A stretch of DNA of 64,000 nucleotides, from positions 17,750-81,749 of the forward strand of contig UQRY01000002.1 of the NCBI GenBank assembly GCA_900543675.1. The letters run 5' to 3'. The notes under the pieces are model-generated. The model did not search any database. It saw nothing but the letters and a program-made list of their open reading frames with translations, and had not been told where the DNA came from. Origin of the DNA: an uncultured Mycoplasmatota bacterium (GTDB taxonomy: Bacteria > Bacillota_I > Bacilli_A > RF39 > UBA660). The position numbers were made by a program, and so were the translations under genes. Shown in pieces: positions 9,875-19,862 of this stretch. Each line of letters begins with the position of its first letter. Positions within the stretch are counted from its first letter, which is position 1.

Positions 9875-11578
9875 ATGAATATAGAAAAATTAAATAGTAT
9901 AAAAGAAATTCTGATTAAGATGGAAGAATATCAAGTAGAACTAATTAATCCTGAAGAATCTTTTCAAAAATTATTAAATGAAGAAGAAGAAACTTTACAG
10001 TTATTAGCAGAATTACCGCTTCTTCCTAATCAAGAAGCCAAAGAATTATATGAATTTTATCTATCTTTAAATAATACTAGGCATAAATATAGAATATTAC
10101 GTTATTTACTAAAAGATGAAACTAATCCTAAGAATTCGTTAAATGTAAATGTACTTGATGCCTTTTATCGCTTAAATCCAAGTGAAAAAAATCTATTTGG
10201 ATTTATAAAAAATATGGAACAAGTACCTGGAGTAGAAGAGAATTTTTTATTTATCACCTCGTATTTTCAAAAGGGACTAGGGGGATTTTCTAAACTAAGT
10301 AATCAGGAACTTCTTACTTTTCTAAAACCTTTTTATATAGACCGCCGGAGTTTTCTTTCAGGGTGGAGATTAAAAGAAGTGGCTGAATATTTAAGTAAAC
10401 TACAGGAAGAGAACAAGTTATTGACTAAGCAATATCTAACACAAGAAGAAATGTTAGAGTTATTATCCAAAAGTATAGATAATACCAATATTATTTCTAT
10501 TTTATCGTCTTCTAGTTTACTCAATATGTTAGAAAATAAACAGATAACACGAAAAGAGTATCAAACGATAATTCAACTGATTCTAAAAGAAAAAGAGGAT
10601 TATCAATCTGTGAAAATAACGGGATTCTTCACAGAGCCTAATTTAGAACGATTGATTACGGCATCTAATCTCTCAATGGAAGAAGTAATTCGTTTTGTTC
10701 AAGAACGTCAAAAATATCCGCTTAAAGAGAATATAGTAGCGTTAAGGATGTTTGAACAATTACTTTCTGATGAATGGTGTGACTATTGTTTAGCTACTCA
10801 TGAAAATCCACTTGTCTTAAGTCAAAAATTCGCTAGCTGGTTACAGATGCCTGCAGAATACTCTGGAAGTTTTATTAGTCATTTAGATAACCACAAAACC
10901 GACATCATTAGAATTCTAGAAAATGGGAAGAACCAACAAGAAAATTTTCAAGAAATGGAAGAACTAATTAACTTTATTAAAAATCTTCTTCCATATACGA
11001 GGATAATGACACTAAATTTGTTGGATAAAACCTGTCTTTCTTCTGTTACTTCTTTTCAAGAAGCCTTAACGAAGTTAAAACCATTAGAAGATAAGAGAGT
11101 AGATTTACCGTTATTAAATACAGTATCCTCATTAATCGATAATGACTGTTTTGAAGAAATGATAGCCACTAATCCAGATAGAAAAGAAGTTCTTTCCTAC
11201 TTAGTCATGAAAGAAATCAATACTAATGATCCTTTATATGTAGAAAAATTAAATACAGTTACTCGTATTTTAACCTCACGTCATTTTCTTTATCATGTGA
11301 ATCAGGTAGTAGAAAATGAACAATTATTTCAATTGATCAATATGATTTTTACTTGTGATAAAGAGTGGCAATTAACGAATCTTTATCAAATATCTACCGA
11401 AGAATATAGAGAAATATCTCCAGATACTTATTTACTACTCCTTCATTACATGAAAGAAAATCAGTGTCGCGATCAAATAACGGATAAAGACGAGTCTATA
11501 TATAGAAAGTATATTCGTCAAATTGATACGATGATAGAAAGTAAAAACAATAAAGTATATAAGAAAAGGAAAAAATAA
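9875..11578 (+). CDS. Hypothetical protein, paralog 4 of 4 (most diverged)
   Basis: 567 aa, SD TAGGAGA, 11 nt after paralog 3. Weaker versions of the same motifs (EKLNSIKEILIKME, MLELLSKSI, VIRFVQERQ, LINMIFTCDKEWQLTN, YLLLLHYM). Confidence 0.8.
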   Translation: MNIEKLNSIKEILIKMEEYQVELINPEESFQKLLNEEEETLQLLAELPLLPNQEAKELYEFYLSLNNTRHKYRILRYLLKDETNPKNSLNVNVLDAFYRLNPSEKNLFGFIKNMEQVPGVEENFLFITSYFQKGLGGFSKLSNQELLTFLKPFYIDRRSFLSGWRLKEVAEYLSKLQEENKLLTKQYLTQEEMLELLSKSIDNTNIISILSSSSLLNMLENKQITRKEYQTIIQLILKEKEDYQSVKITGFFTEPNLERLITASNLSMEEVIRFVQERQKYPLKENIVALRMFEQLLSDEWCDYCLATHENPLVLSQKFASWLQMPAEYSGSFISHLDNHKTDIIRILENGKNQQENFQEMEELINFIKNLLPYTRIMTLNLLDKTCLSSVTSFQEALTKLKPLEDKRVDLPLLNTVSSLIDNDCFEEMIATNPDRKEVLSYLVMKEINTNDPLYVEKLNTVTRILTSRHFLYHVNQVVENEQLFQLINMIFTCDKEWQLTNLYQISTEEYREISPDTYLLLLHYMKENQCRDQITDKDESIYRKYIRQIDTMIESKNNKVYKKRKK

Positions 11579-11635
11579 CTTTTCTTTTTCTTTGTTCTAT
11601 GATTAAATATAATCGAAAGAGGAAGAGGGAATAAT

Positions 11636-12520
11636 ATGCAGTATATCGTCGTTCCACAAAATAAACAAGAAATAAAAACCTATCAGGAAAAAGGAGTCAA
11701 TCTCTTTTTATTCGGATTAAAAAATTATAGTGTTCATTACCCAGAATTATCGCTAGAAGAGATCGAGGAACTTTCTAAGAAAAGTGAGCTTTTTATTGCG
11801 ATGAATAAAAATATTTTTAATGAAGAATTAGAAGAAGTAGAAAGATTACTAATCGAGTTAGAAAAAACAAATATCAAAGGGATTTTCTTCTATGATTTAG
11901 CCATCTTAAGTATCGTAAGAAGAAAACAGTTAAACTTAAATCTAGTCTGGAATCAAACCCATATGGTAACTAACTACAATACTTGTAATTATTACTTTGA
12001 AAAAGGAGTTAAATATGGGTTGGTCGCTAATGAGATTACTCTAGAGGAAATCATTGAGATGAAGAAAAAGACGAAGATGCAGTTGATGGTTCAAATCATG
12101 GGATACCCGAGTATGTCTCATTCTAGAAGAATGTTAATTTCTAACTATTTTAAAAGTATGGGAAAAGAGAAACAGAAAAATAGATATACCTTACAAGATC
12201 ATGCTAACCATGAGAATGATTATTTAATTACAGAAGATAAAACTGGAACTAGTCTTTTCTTTGGAAAGATCATTAACGGGACTAGAGCTTTGCCTGAATT
12301 AATTAGAAATCATCTTGATTATGGACTTCTAGACACTAGTTTTATTTCTAGGGATACTTCTTTACAAGTACTAGAATTATTTAACGAAATCAAAGAAAAA
12401 GTAGAAATAGGAGATAATATCGATTTAGATAACTATCTTGAAAAGACAGCTTCTTTGATTGGAGATAGTACCAATTTCTTCTATCAAAAAACCATTTACA
12501 AAGTGAAGAAAGGGAAGTGA
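11636..12520 (+). CDS. trhP1: Peptidase-U32-family protein, YrrN type (Cys-poor partner subunit of tRNA ho5U hydroxylation)
   Basis: U32-like TIM-barrel region lacking the Cys signature (QIMGYPSMSHSRRMLISNYF). Start of the next U32 gene overlaps its stop. Position equivalent to B. subtilis yrrN. Confidence 0.7.
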   Translation: MQYIVVPQNKQEIKTYQEKGVNLFLFGLKNYSVHYPELSLEEIEELSKKSELFIAMNKNIFNEELEEVERLLIELEKTNIKGIFFYDLAILSIVRRKQLNLNLVWNQTHMVTNYNTCNYYFEKGVKYGLVANEITLEEIIEMKKKTKMQLMVQIMGYPSMSHSRRMLISNYFKSMGKEKQKNRYTLQDHANHENDYLITEDKTGTSLFFGKIINGTRALPELIRNHLDYGLLDTSFISRDTSLQVLELFNEIKEKVEIGDNIDLDNYLEKTASLIGDSTNFFYQKTIYKVKKGK

Positions 12521-13710
12521 ACAACATGAAGAAAATAGAATTGCTTTCTCCTGCAGGAGATTTAGAACGATTAAAACTTGCCCTTCTATATGGGGCTGAT
12601 GCGGTCTATATCGGAGGTCAAGAATATAGTCTTCGGGCAAATGCCACCAATTTTAGTATCGAAGAAATTAAAGAAGCCTGTACCTTTGCCCATGAAAGAA
12701 ATAAAAAAGTATATTTAACTGCCAATATTGTTTTCCATAACGAAGATATTAGTGGAGTTGAAGATTATTTACGACAAGTAGCGAATGCCGGAATCGATGC
12801 CTTTATCGTGAGTGATCCGTTTATCATTCAATATATTCGTAAAAACTTCCCTGATGTAGAAGTTCACGTCAGTACCCAAGGATCAACAACCAATGTTGAA
12901 GCCGTTAACTACTGGAAGGGCGAGGGAGTAAAACGAGTCGTACTTGCCCGTGAACTATCGATGGAAGAGATTCAAACCATTATCGAAAAAACAGGAGTGG
13001 ATATCGAAGTATTCATTCATGGCGCCATGTGTACCTTCTATAGTGGACGTTGTACCTTATCAAATTATTTCACGAATCGTGATTCTAATCGTGGGGGCTG
13101 TAGTCAAGTATGTCGCTTTGCCTTTGATTTAGAAAGTGAAGATAGTCAAAAATTCACAATGGCAACCAAAGACTTAAACTTAGCTGACCAAATAGAAAAT
13201 ATGATTAAAATTGGCGTTACCAGTCTGAAAGTAGAGGGAAGAATGCGTTCTCACTACTACCTAGCGACCGTAATTTCTTCTTATCGTAAATTAATCGATC
13301 TTTGTTACCAAGATAAATTGACCAAGGAAGCTCTAGAAGAAGAAAAGAAAATATTAGCCCGTGTTGCGAATCGCGAAACGAGTTCTCATTATTTTACTCA
13401 TCAAGCGGATGAAACTGATCAATACTATACCGGTAGACAAGAATTATCCAATCAAGATTATCTCGCTTATGTGTTAGACTATGATCAAGAAAAACAGATG
13501 ATTACCATTTCCGAACGTAATTACTTTGAGCCAAATACTTTAGTAGAAATCTTTATGCCTAGTGGAAAGAGAATTTCCTTTACTATCGATACAATCTATG
13601 ATCAAGAATTAAATCCACTTGAAAAGGCTTGCCATCCTGAAGAAATTTTAAAAATAAGAGTTCCTGAAGAAGTAGAGGCAAACTCTATGATGAGAATAAA
13701 AGTAAATTAA
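12517..13710 (+). CDS. trhP2: Peptidase-U32-family protein, YrrO type (tRNA ho5U hydroxylation)
   Basis: Canonical U32 signature EVFIHGAMCTFYSGRCTLSNYF..RDSNRGGCSQVCR, plus LKVEGRMRS. Confidence 0.8.
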   Translation: MNNMKKIELLSPAGDLERLKLALLYGADAVYIGGQEYSLRANATNFSIEEIKEACTFAHERNKKVYLTANIVFHNEDISGVEDYLRQVANAGIDAFIVSDPFIIQYIRKNFPDVEVHVSTQGSTTNVEAVNYWKGEGVKRVVLARELSMEEIQTIIEKTGVDIEVFIHGAMCTFYSGRCTLSNYFTNRDSNRGGCSQVCRFAFDLESEDSQKFTMATKDLNLADQIENMIKIGVTSLKVEGRMRSHYYLATVISSYRKLIDLCYQDKLTKEALEEEKKILARVANRETSSHYFTHQADETDQYYTGRQELSNQDYLAYVLDYDQEKQMITISERNYFEPNTLVEIFMPSGKRISFTIDTIYDQELNPLEKACHPEEILKIRVPEEVEANSMMRIKVN

Positions 13711-13735
13711 AGAAAAAAATAAGGGAGTGGTCCTA

Positions 13736-15007
13736 ATGAATAGTTCAACAATATATTTAGGTAGCAAAGAAAGCGGAAGACGAGAATTTTTAATTATTCA
13801 ATCCATTTTAAAGTTACATGGTTTCGAGGCAATAGAAGTAAGAGAAGAACAGGATAGAAGTAGCCCAGAATTAGAAAACCCAACTATTTATTTACCGAAA
13901 AGTGATAACCCAAGCCCAGTCTTTTCATTTCCCTATGCCGACTTATCTAAAAGAAAACAGGTAGAAGATATTTTAGAGAGAAGAATATTCCCCCATAATA
14001 TGAGTCAAGAAGAAGAAAAATGGTGGCAGAAGCTATGTTCATCCTCAATTTTTTCCTATTTATATACAATAGATTATCTTTATGCGAATAAATTTCGTCA
14101 TTATAACGACACATCATTATTAAGAAAGGGAATATATAATACTAGTACTATCTTACTGGACCTAGAAACAACTTTAACTGAAGCGAAAAACTTTTCATGG
14201 CAACTTTATTATGCCTATTGTTATCTTGTTGAATACGTAAATAGTGGAATGAAAAGATTAAGAAGTTTTACGTTTCGCGATTATAAAGAAATATTACCAT
14301 ATCTCAACCAAATAGATAGGTTAAGTGCGAAACAAAGAGAGGAAGAAACTATTGCTTTATTAAAAGCCAACCTTCTAAATAGCCAATATTATCTCCCGTC
14401 AAAAGATGCGTATTCCGCTTATAATGCTCTAAAAGATTCCAACAACGATGCCATTCGATATACCAGTAATTATATACTAGGTACCTGTAAACAATTATCC
14501 CTAGAGCAAAATCATTGGGAACAATTAAGTGAAACAGAAAAAGCAGCAAAAATGCATCAAATTGCCATCCCACATTATCTAAAATGTCGAGAAATCCTTC
14601 CTCAAAAAGTTCAAATATTGTATAAATTAGCATTCCAAAAAGAAAGAAGAGAGGGCTATCAAAATTCTAATATATGGTTAGAGGCACGCGAATTATACTC
14701 TTTACTCATCTCCATAATAGAAAAAATTCCTGCTAGCGAAAGATATCCCGTTGAATTCCAATATTTATATCAAAGTTATCGCCGCTTGGAGTATATCGAA
14801 GAATTACTAGGAAATAATAAAGAAGCAATTAAATTAATAAATCATGCTGAAAATTGTTGGCAAGAAGCAGATGACTCCCTTTCCAGTTGGGTATATCAAA
14901 AAGAAAATGTCGCTTATCGCATATTAGATAACGAGTATAAAAATAGAGATCATTACTATGCGATAGCTAGAAAAAGAGTTAAAAGTAAAGAATATCGTCC
15001 GTATTAG
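13736..15007 (+). CDS. Hypothetical protein (helical, function unknown)
   Basis: Long ORF. ATG at 13736 sits 8 nt after SD AAGGGAG, so it is preferred over the tracked GTG at 13727. No recognisable motif. Confidence 0.6.
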   Translation: MNSSTIYLGSKESGRREFLIIQSILKLHGFEAIEVREEQDRSSPELENPTIYLPKSDNPSPVFSFPYADLSKRKQVEDILERRIFPHNMSQEEEKWWQKLCSSSIFSYLYTIDYLYANKFRHYNDTSLLRKGIYNTSTILLDLETTLTEAKNFSWQLYYAYCYLVEYVNSGMKRLRSFTFRDYKEILPYLNQIDRLSAKQREEETIALLKANLLNSQYYLPSKDAYSAYNALKDSNNDAIRYTSNYILGTCKQLSLEQNHWEQLSETEKAAKMHQIAIPHYLKCREILPQKVQILYKLAFQKERREGYQNSNIWLEARELYSLLISIIEKIPASERYPVEFQYLYQSYRRLEYIEELLGNNKEAIKLINHAENCWQEADDSLSSWVYQKENVAYRILDNEYKNRDHYYAIARKRVKSKEYRPY

Positions 15008-15542
15008 TAATTATTTTCCGTAAATAACCACTGATTTCTTCTTCGCTTTCCTTCATACCTCTTAAAAACCATTCATTGATTACCGCAAATACACCACTAA
15101 CATAATAACTAGAAATATAGAAACTAGGAATATCCACTTGACCTAGTCTCTTTTCTACATCTTCGATAAACATATCATAAAGTAGATCAGTACAGATTGT
15201 ATTTCCTTCACTAGAGAGAATCGACCGGTAAAACTGTTGATTCTTTTTGATATTAGACATGTAAATTTTAGCCAAGTTACAATAATAATCCAGTAAATTA
15301 TCTTCAGAAGAAGTGTCCAATTTTGTTAACATTTCTTTCTGAATGAGAGTAATCGTATATTTTAATAAATCATATTTATCCGTAAAATGATGATAAAAAG
15401 TCGTCTTATGAACGAGAGCTTCTTCGCAGATTTCATTTAATCTAATCTCCGCAAATGGCTTTTCCTGTAGTAGTTTGATTAATGCCTCTGCTAGTAATTT
15501 ATACGTCTTCTGAATCCGTAAATCTTTCTTCTCTTTCATCAT
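14979..15542 (-). CDS. TetR/AcrR-family transcriptional regulator
   Basis: N-terminal HTH (FAEIRLNEICEEALVHKTTFYHHFTDKYDLL). Divergent from the MMPL transporter gene. Confidence 0.9.
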   Translation of the reverse strand: MMKEKKDLRIQKTYKLLAEALIKLLQEKPFAEIRLNEICEEALVHKTTFYHHFTDKYDLLKYTITLIQKEMLTKLDTSSEDNLLDYYCNLAKIYMSNIKKNQQFYRSILSSEGNTICTDLLYDMFIEDVEKRLGQVDIPSFYISSYYVSGVFAVINEWFLRGMKESEEEISGYLRKIITNTDDILYF

Positions 15543-15703
15543 AACAACACCTCGAATAGTATTATTATATACAAAAATATACTAAAGTAGAATAACTAAA
15601 AATAATACTTTTTATGAAAAAAGTAGAGTAATTAGAAAAAATACAAAAAAAGTAAGTGCTTTTTCTTGGGAAAAAGCGATAATCTAATACTGGAAGGTGA
15701 AAT

Positions 15704-17932
15704 ATGAAAAAGAAAAAATCATTGTTAATAAAAATAGGCGACTTTATTGTCGATTTTCGATATCTATTTTTGTGCATTTTTATTTTACTAGGGATTATTT
15801 CGTTAGTAAATTTGAATAATGTAGAAATAGAATATGATATTACTTCTTATTTGAGTGATGAAACAGAAACCAAAGCTGGGCTCGAATTAATGGAAAAAGA
15901 GTTTGGCTCACTTAATGAACTTCAAGTAATGATTGAAGAAATTCCATTTCAAGAAGCTTTAGAATTAAAAGCAGAATTAGCATCAATTGATCATGTCGCA
16001 AGTATTTCTTTTGAAGATAATAAAAACTATTATAAGGATGACAAGGCTCTATTTGTCATCGAATTAGACCAAGTAACAGAAGAAGAAAAGGACACAGTCA
16101 TTACACAAATCGAAGACCAAGTTCAAGATGAAAAATACTTCTTATATGTAGAAAATGGGGAAGACCAGGTAGAAGGAATGAACATCATTTTAGGACTCGC
16201 AATCTTAACGATTATCGTTGTATTATTACTAACTACCGAATCTTACTTTGAAATTGTACTTGCTTTCTTGGTATTTGGTGTTTCTATTCTTCTCAATATG
16301 GGTAGTAACTTCTTATTTGGTAAGATTTCTTACATTACAGAAGCTATCGCCATTGTTTTACAACTAGGCTTATCCTTAGACTATTTCATTATTTTTATGA
16401 ATCATTATATGAAGGAAAGAAGCGATACTCCTAACCTAGAATTAGCGGTCAAGAAAACCGTTTCTAAATCCATCCCAGAAATACTAGCTAGTTCCTTAAC
16501 TACCATCGCAGGCTTAATTGCGTTAGTATTCATGCAGTTAAAAATTGGTGAAGATATCGGTTTAGTCTTATCTAAAGGTATCTTATGTAGCTTACTTACC
16601 GTAATTTTCTTGTTACCATTACTACTTATGGTATTTTCTAAGATCGTCGATAAGACAAAACATAAAGTGCATATTCCCAACATCAACAAGTTAGCTAACT
16701 TTATTGTAAGTTCTAGAAAAGTACTACTTCCGATCTTTATCCTTGTCTTAGTTCTCGCTATTTGTATTCTACCTAACTATGAATATGTCTATAATATTTA
16801 TTCAGTTAGTTCGTTAAACAAGAGTGATAACCAAATCGCGTTAGAGAAAATTAATGATACTTTCAGAAATACAAATCGTTTAGTCGTTCTCATGAAGAAT
16901 GAAGAAAAAGACTATACAAAAGAATTAGAATTAGCTAATCGTTTATTAGAAAATGATAAGATTAGTAAAGTGACGAGTATCGGAAATTATCGAGTAGGAG
17001 AGAATGTCTATCTAGGAAGCAAAGTTCAGTATCAAGAATTTGCCGTCATGTTTAATATTCCAGAAGAAATGAGTAGAAATTTATTTAGCTTATATATGAA
17101 TAGTCATCAAATAACACAAGAGGTTTCTACTTATCGAATAAATCTCGTGGATTTACTATACTTCTTAGATGAACAAAAAGAAAATCTACCATTATCAGAA
17201 GAGATGTTACTACAAATAGAAGGCTATAAGCAAGAATTAGAAAGCTCTATCTCGCTATTAGAAAGTCCAGAATATTCTCGAATGATTTTAGAGTTAAAAG
17301 TTCCTTCAGAAGGAGAAGAAACATTCTCCTTGTTAGATAGGATTAAAGAAGAAGTAGAAAAAGAGTATAGTGAAGTAAAACTAGTTGGTGAAAGTGTAAG
17401 TGCGACAGACTTAAGTGATTCTTTTTCTAGAGATAATACATTAATTACTGCGGTTACCATTTTATTTATCGCCATCATTCTCTTAGGTACTTTCCGTTCT
17501 CTTGGCGCAACGATTCTGTTGATTGTCGCTATCGAAGGAAGTATTCTAATTAACTTTTCACTCGCTACATTAATGGGAGAAAAGATATTCTTTATCAGTT
17601 ATATCATTGTTTCTGCGATTCAAATGGGCGCAACGATCGATTATGCGATTGTGATGACGAACCGTTATCTTACTTTACGAGAAAAACAAGATAAGAAACA
17701 AGCCTTAATCGGTGCCATTAAAAATTCCTTCCCAACTATCGCAACGAGTGGATTAATCTTAATGATTGCGGGATTCTTAATTGGCTTAATTTCTAGTTCT
17801 GGTGTTGTTTCATCCATTGGTTTATTCTTAGCTACCGGAACACTAATCTCTGTCTTGATTACCATCTTTATTTTACCAGCTTTATTATATGGTTTAGATG
17901 CTTTTATTCGTAAAACAACTTGGAAAAAATAG
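15704..17932 (+). CDS. MMPL/RND-superfamily membrane transporter
   Basis: 742 aa with two blocks of ~5-6 TM helices, each preceded by a large extracytoplasmic domain (YdfJ/MMPL architecture). SD GGAAGGTG. Confidence 0.8.
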   Translation: MKKKKSLLIKIGDFIVDFRYLFLCIFILLGIISLVNLNNVEIEYDITSYLSDETETKAGLELMEKEFGSLNELQVMIEEIPFQEALELKAELASIDHVASISFEDNKNYYKDDKALFVIELDQVTEEEKDTVITQIEDQVQDEKYFLYVENGEDQVEGMNIILGLAILTIIVVLLLTTESYFEIVLAFLVFGVSILLNMGSNFLFGKISYITEAIAIVLQLGLSLDYFIIFMNHYMKERSDTPNLELAVKKTVSKSIPEILASSLTTIAGLIALVFMQLKIGEDIGLVLSKGILCSLLTVIFLLPLLLMVFSKIVDKTKHKVHIPNINKLANFIVSSRKVLLPIFILVLVLAICILPNYEYVYNIYSVSSLNKSDNQIALEKINDTFRNTNRLVVLMKNEEKDYTKELELANRLLENDKISKVTSIGNYRVGENVYLGSKVQYQEFAVMFNIPEEMSRNLFSLYMNSHQITQEVSTYRINLVDLLYFLDEQKENLPLSEEMLLQIEGYKQELESSISLLESPEYSRMILELKVPSEGEETFSLLDRIKEEVEKEYSEVKLVGESVSATDLSDSFSRDNTLITAVTILFIAIILLGTFRSLGATILLIVAIEGSILINFSLATLMGEKIFFISYIIVSAIQMGATIDYAIVMTNRYLTLREKQDKKQALIGAIKNSFPTIATSGLILMIAGFLIGLISSSGVVSSIGLFLATGTLISVLITIFILPALLYGLDAFIRKTTWKK

Positions 17933-17966
17933 TAAGTAAAGATAAACAAAATAAATAATGAAATAC

Positions 17967-18022
17967 AAAAACAATACTTGTAGATCAATAATCTATATAG
18001 GTATTGTTTTTTTTTTTTTTTT
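17967..18022 (+). terminator. Terminator after the MMPL gene, with a 16-nt T tract
   Basis: AAAAACAATAC ... GTATTGTTTTT stem with an inner TAGAT/ATCTA stem. T16 run at 18007-18022. Confidence 0.65.
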
Positions 18023-18092
18023 AAGAATTCTTTTTCTTTAGTAAAAAAATAAGGTATAATGAAAGAGTAAAACAGAATAGGAGAGAAATAGT

Positions 18093-18971
18093 ATGAGAGA
18101 TTATTTTAATTACAAAGATAAAATCTGTATCGTAACCGGAGCATCTAGTGGGATGGGGTATGAAACAGCAAAAATGTTAGTGGATTTAGGCGCCAAAGTA
18201 TATGCCTTAGATATTAAGGAATGTAATATTGAAAATTTGGCTGGCTTTTATTCCTGTAATCTATCTGATAAAAAGAATATTGATGAAGTATTTAACAAAC
18301 TTCCAGAAAAAATCGATTGTTTCTTTGGTGTAGCTGGATTATCTGGTAGTAAAACGGATTATATCACCACATTTAATTGTGACTTTACAGCAAACAAATA
18401 TATTACTTTAACTTATTTAATCAAACGAATGAATAAGGGTGGAAGTATTACTTATGTTACCTCAACTGCTGGTAAGTATTGGCAACAACATAGGAAAGAA
18501 CAAAATCCAGTTGTCCATGCCCCTACTTGGGAAGAAACTGAAAAATCAATTCAAAAAATTGCTAAAGTAGCACACCCAACATTTGCCTATATCTTTGCCA
18601 AACGTTGTCTATCTCAGTTTTCTTGTGAACAAGCAATCGAATTTAGTAAGCTAAATGTCAGAGTCAACAACATAATGCCAGGAGCTACCGATACCGGAAT
18701 GAAAGATGAATTTGAACAGATGGCAGGTGGAGAAGAATCTTTAAAAAGTTCAAATGGCTTGATGGGAAGATTAGCTACTTCAGAAGAAATGGCCCAACCT
18801 ATCGTTTTTATCGGCTCAGATATGGCCTCTTTCATCTCGGGAATTGACTTAATCATCGATGCTACAAATACGAGTTTAATTACGTTGAAAAAGAAAAAAG
18901 ATCCTAGCAACGTATCGGCAACCAATACGTTGATTCTAAAATTAGCGAAAAAAGCCATGACTAAGAAATAA
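18093..18971 (+). CDS. Short-chain dehydrogenase/reductase (SDR) family oxidoreductase
   Basis: TGASSGMGYETA Rossmann motif, YIFAKRC (YxxxK), NNIMPGATDT. Confidence 0.85.
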   Translation: MRDYFNYKDKICIVTGASSGMGYETAKMLVDLGAKVYALDIKECNIENLAGFYSCNLSDKKNIDEVFNKLPEKIDCFFGVAGLSGSKTDYITTFNCDFTANKYITLTYLIKRMNKGGSITYVTSTAGKYWQQHRKEQNPVVHAPTWEETEKSIQKIAKVAHPTFAYIFAKRCLSQFSCEQAIEFSKLNVRVNNIMPGATDTGMKDEFEQMAGGEESLKSSNGLMGRLATSEEMAQPIVFIGSDMASFISGIDLIIDATNTSLITLKKKKDPSNVSATNTLILKLAKKAMTKK

Positions 18972-18977
18972 GAAAAC

Positions 18978-19020
18978 AAAAGAACTAAAACTTTGTTCCC
19001 GTAACAGTTTTAGTTCTTTT
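18978..19020. terminator. Bidirectional terminator between the SDR and Fic genes
   Basis: 15-bp perfect stem AAAAGAACTAAAACT / AGTTTTAGTTCTTTT, flanked by A and T runs. Confidence 0.8.
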
Positions 19021-19047
19021 TATTTAGAAAGAGACATCCTTTTAAAA

Positions 19048-19806
19048 TTATTTTTCTTCTATTTCAAAATCTAATAATTTTTTACATATCTCTTCATATA
19101 AATCTTGCTCATGTCGTATAGTATCAATCAAAAACATTTTATCGCGTTCGTATTCTTTTAACCCTCTTATATAATATGGTTTATCTTCATCCAATACAAT
19201 GAATGGCATAATATTATTCTTTAAGCACTCTTTAAACATAATCATTCTACCGACTCTTCCATTCCCGTCACCAAAGGGATGGATTTTTTCAAATCGATAA
19301 TGAAAATCAATAATATCCTCTAAAGTAATCGTTCTTTTCGTGTTATATTCGAACAATAATTGATCAATCTCTTTTTCTACATTTTCAGGCTCAGTAGTAT
19401 GAATAACATTAACTAACCCGATTATATTAGGGACTATTTTAAATCCACCAACATTATATCGGGGATTTTCTTCGTCACTAGTATTTCTTTTTAAAATTCT
19501 ATTCATTTCTAGAATCATTTCTTTAGATAAAGCTTTATCTACATTATCCAATGCATAATCAAATAATTTAAAATGATTCTTAGATTCGATCAAATCATCT
19601 AATTGAATTAAATCATCACTTTTAGGGATAAAAGAAGCAGTGTCAAAGATTGCTTCTGTCTGTTCACTAGTTAATTTGCTACCTTCAATTTTGTTTGAAT
19701 TGTAAGAAAAATTCACCTGAGAATAATGATAAATATTTCCTTTAAATTTTGATTCTTTTTGTTTGATTAATTCCTGTTTGATTTTCGCTATATCCATTTT
19801 TATCAC
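19048..19806 (-). CDS. Fic-family protein (AMPylase-type), class II with N-terminal inhibitory motif
   Basis: Fic motif HPFGDGNGRVGR. SNKIEG fits the [ST]xxxE[GN] auto-inhibitory helix upstream in the same chain. Confidence 0.9.
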   Translation of the reverse strand: MIKMDIAKIKQELIKQKESKFKGNIYHYSQVNFSYNSNKIEGSKLTSEQTEAIFDTASFIPKSDDLIQLDDLIESKNHFKLFDYALDNVDKALSKEMILEMNRILKRNTSDEENPRYNVGGFKIVPNIIGLVNVIHTTEPENVEKEIDQLLFEYNTKRTITLEDIIDFHYRFEKIHPFGDGNGRVGRMIMFKECLKNNIMPFIVLDEDKPYYIRGLKEYERDKMFLIDTIRHEQDLYEEICKKLLDFEIEEK

Positions 19807-19862
19807 CTACTACTAAATTATATCATACAAAACGTCTCACTCTATAGAAAGATGATGTTGTC

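Noticed and set aside
15565-15777. 70 aa minus-strand ORF in the TetR/MMPL divergent region.
   Set aside because: It spans the promoter region and the MMPL start codon. Its composition is Phe/Ile-rich junk and it has no SD.
18007-18022. T16 homopolymer considered as a phase-variation tract.
   Set aside because: It is the U-tail of the MMPL terminator hairpin, and it lies upstream of (not within) any -35/-10 spacer or coding frame I can identify. Length variation would have no obvious on/off consequence.
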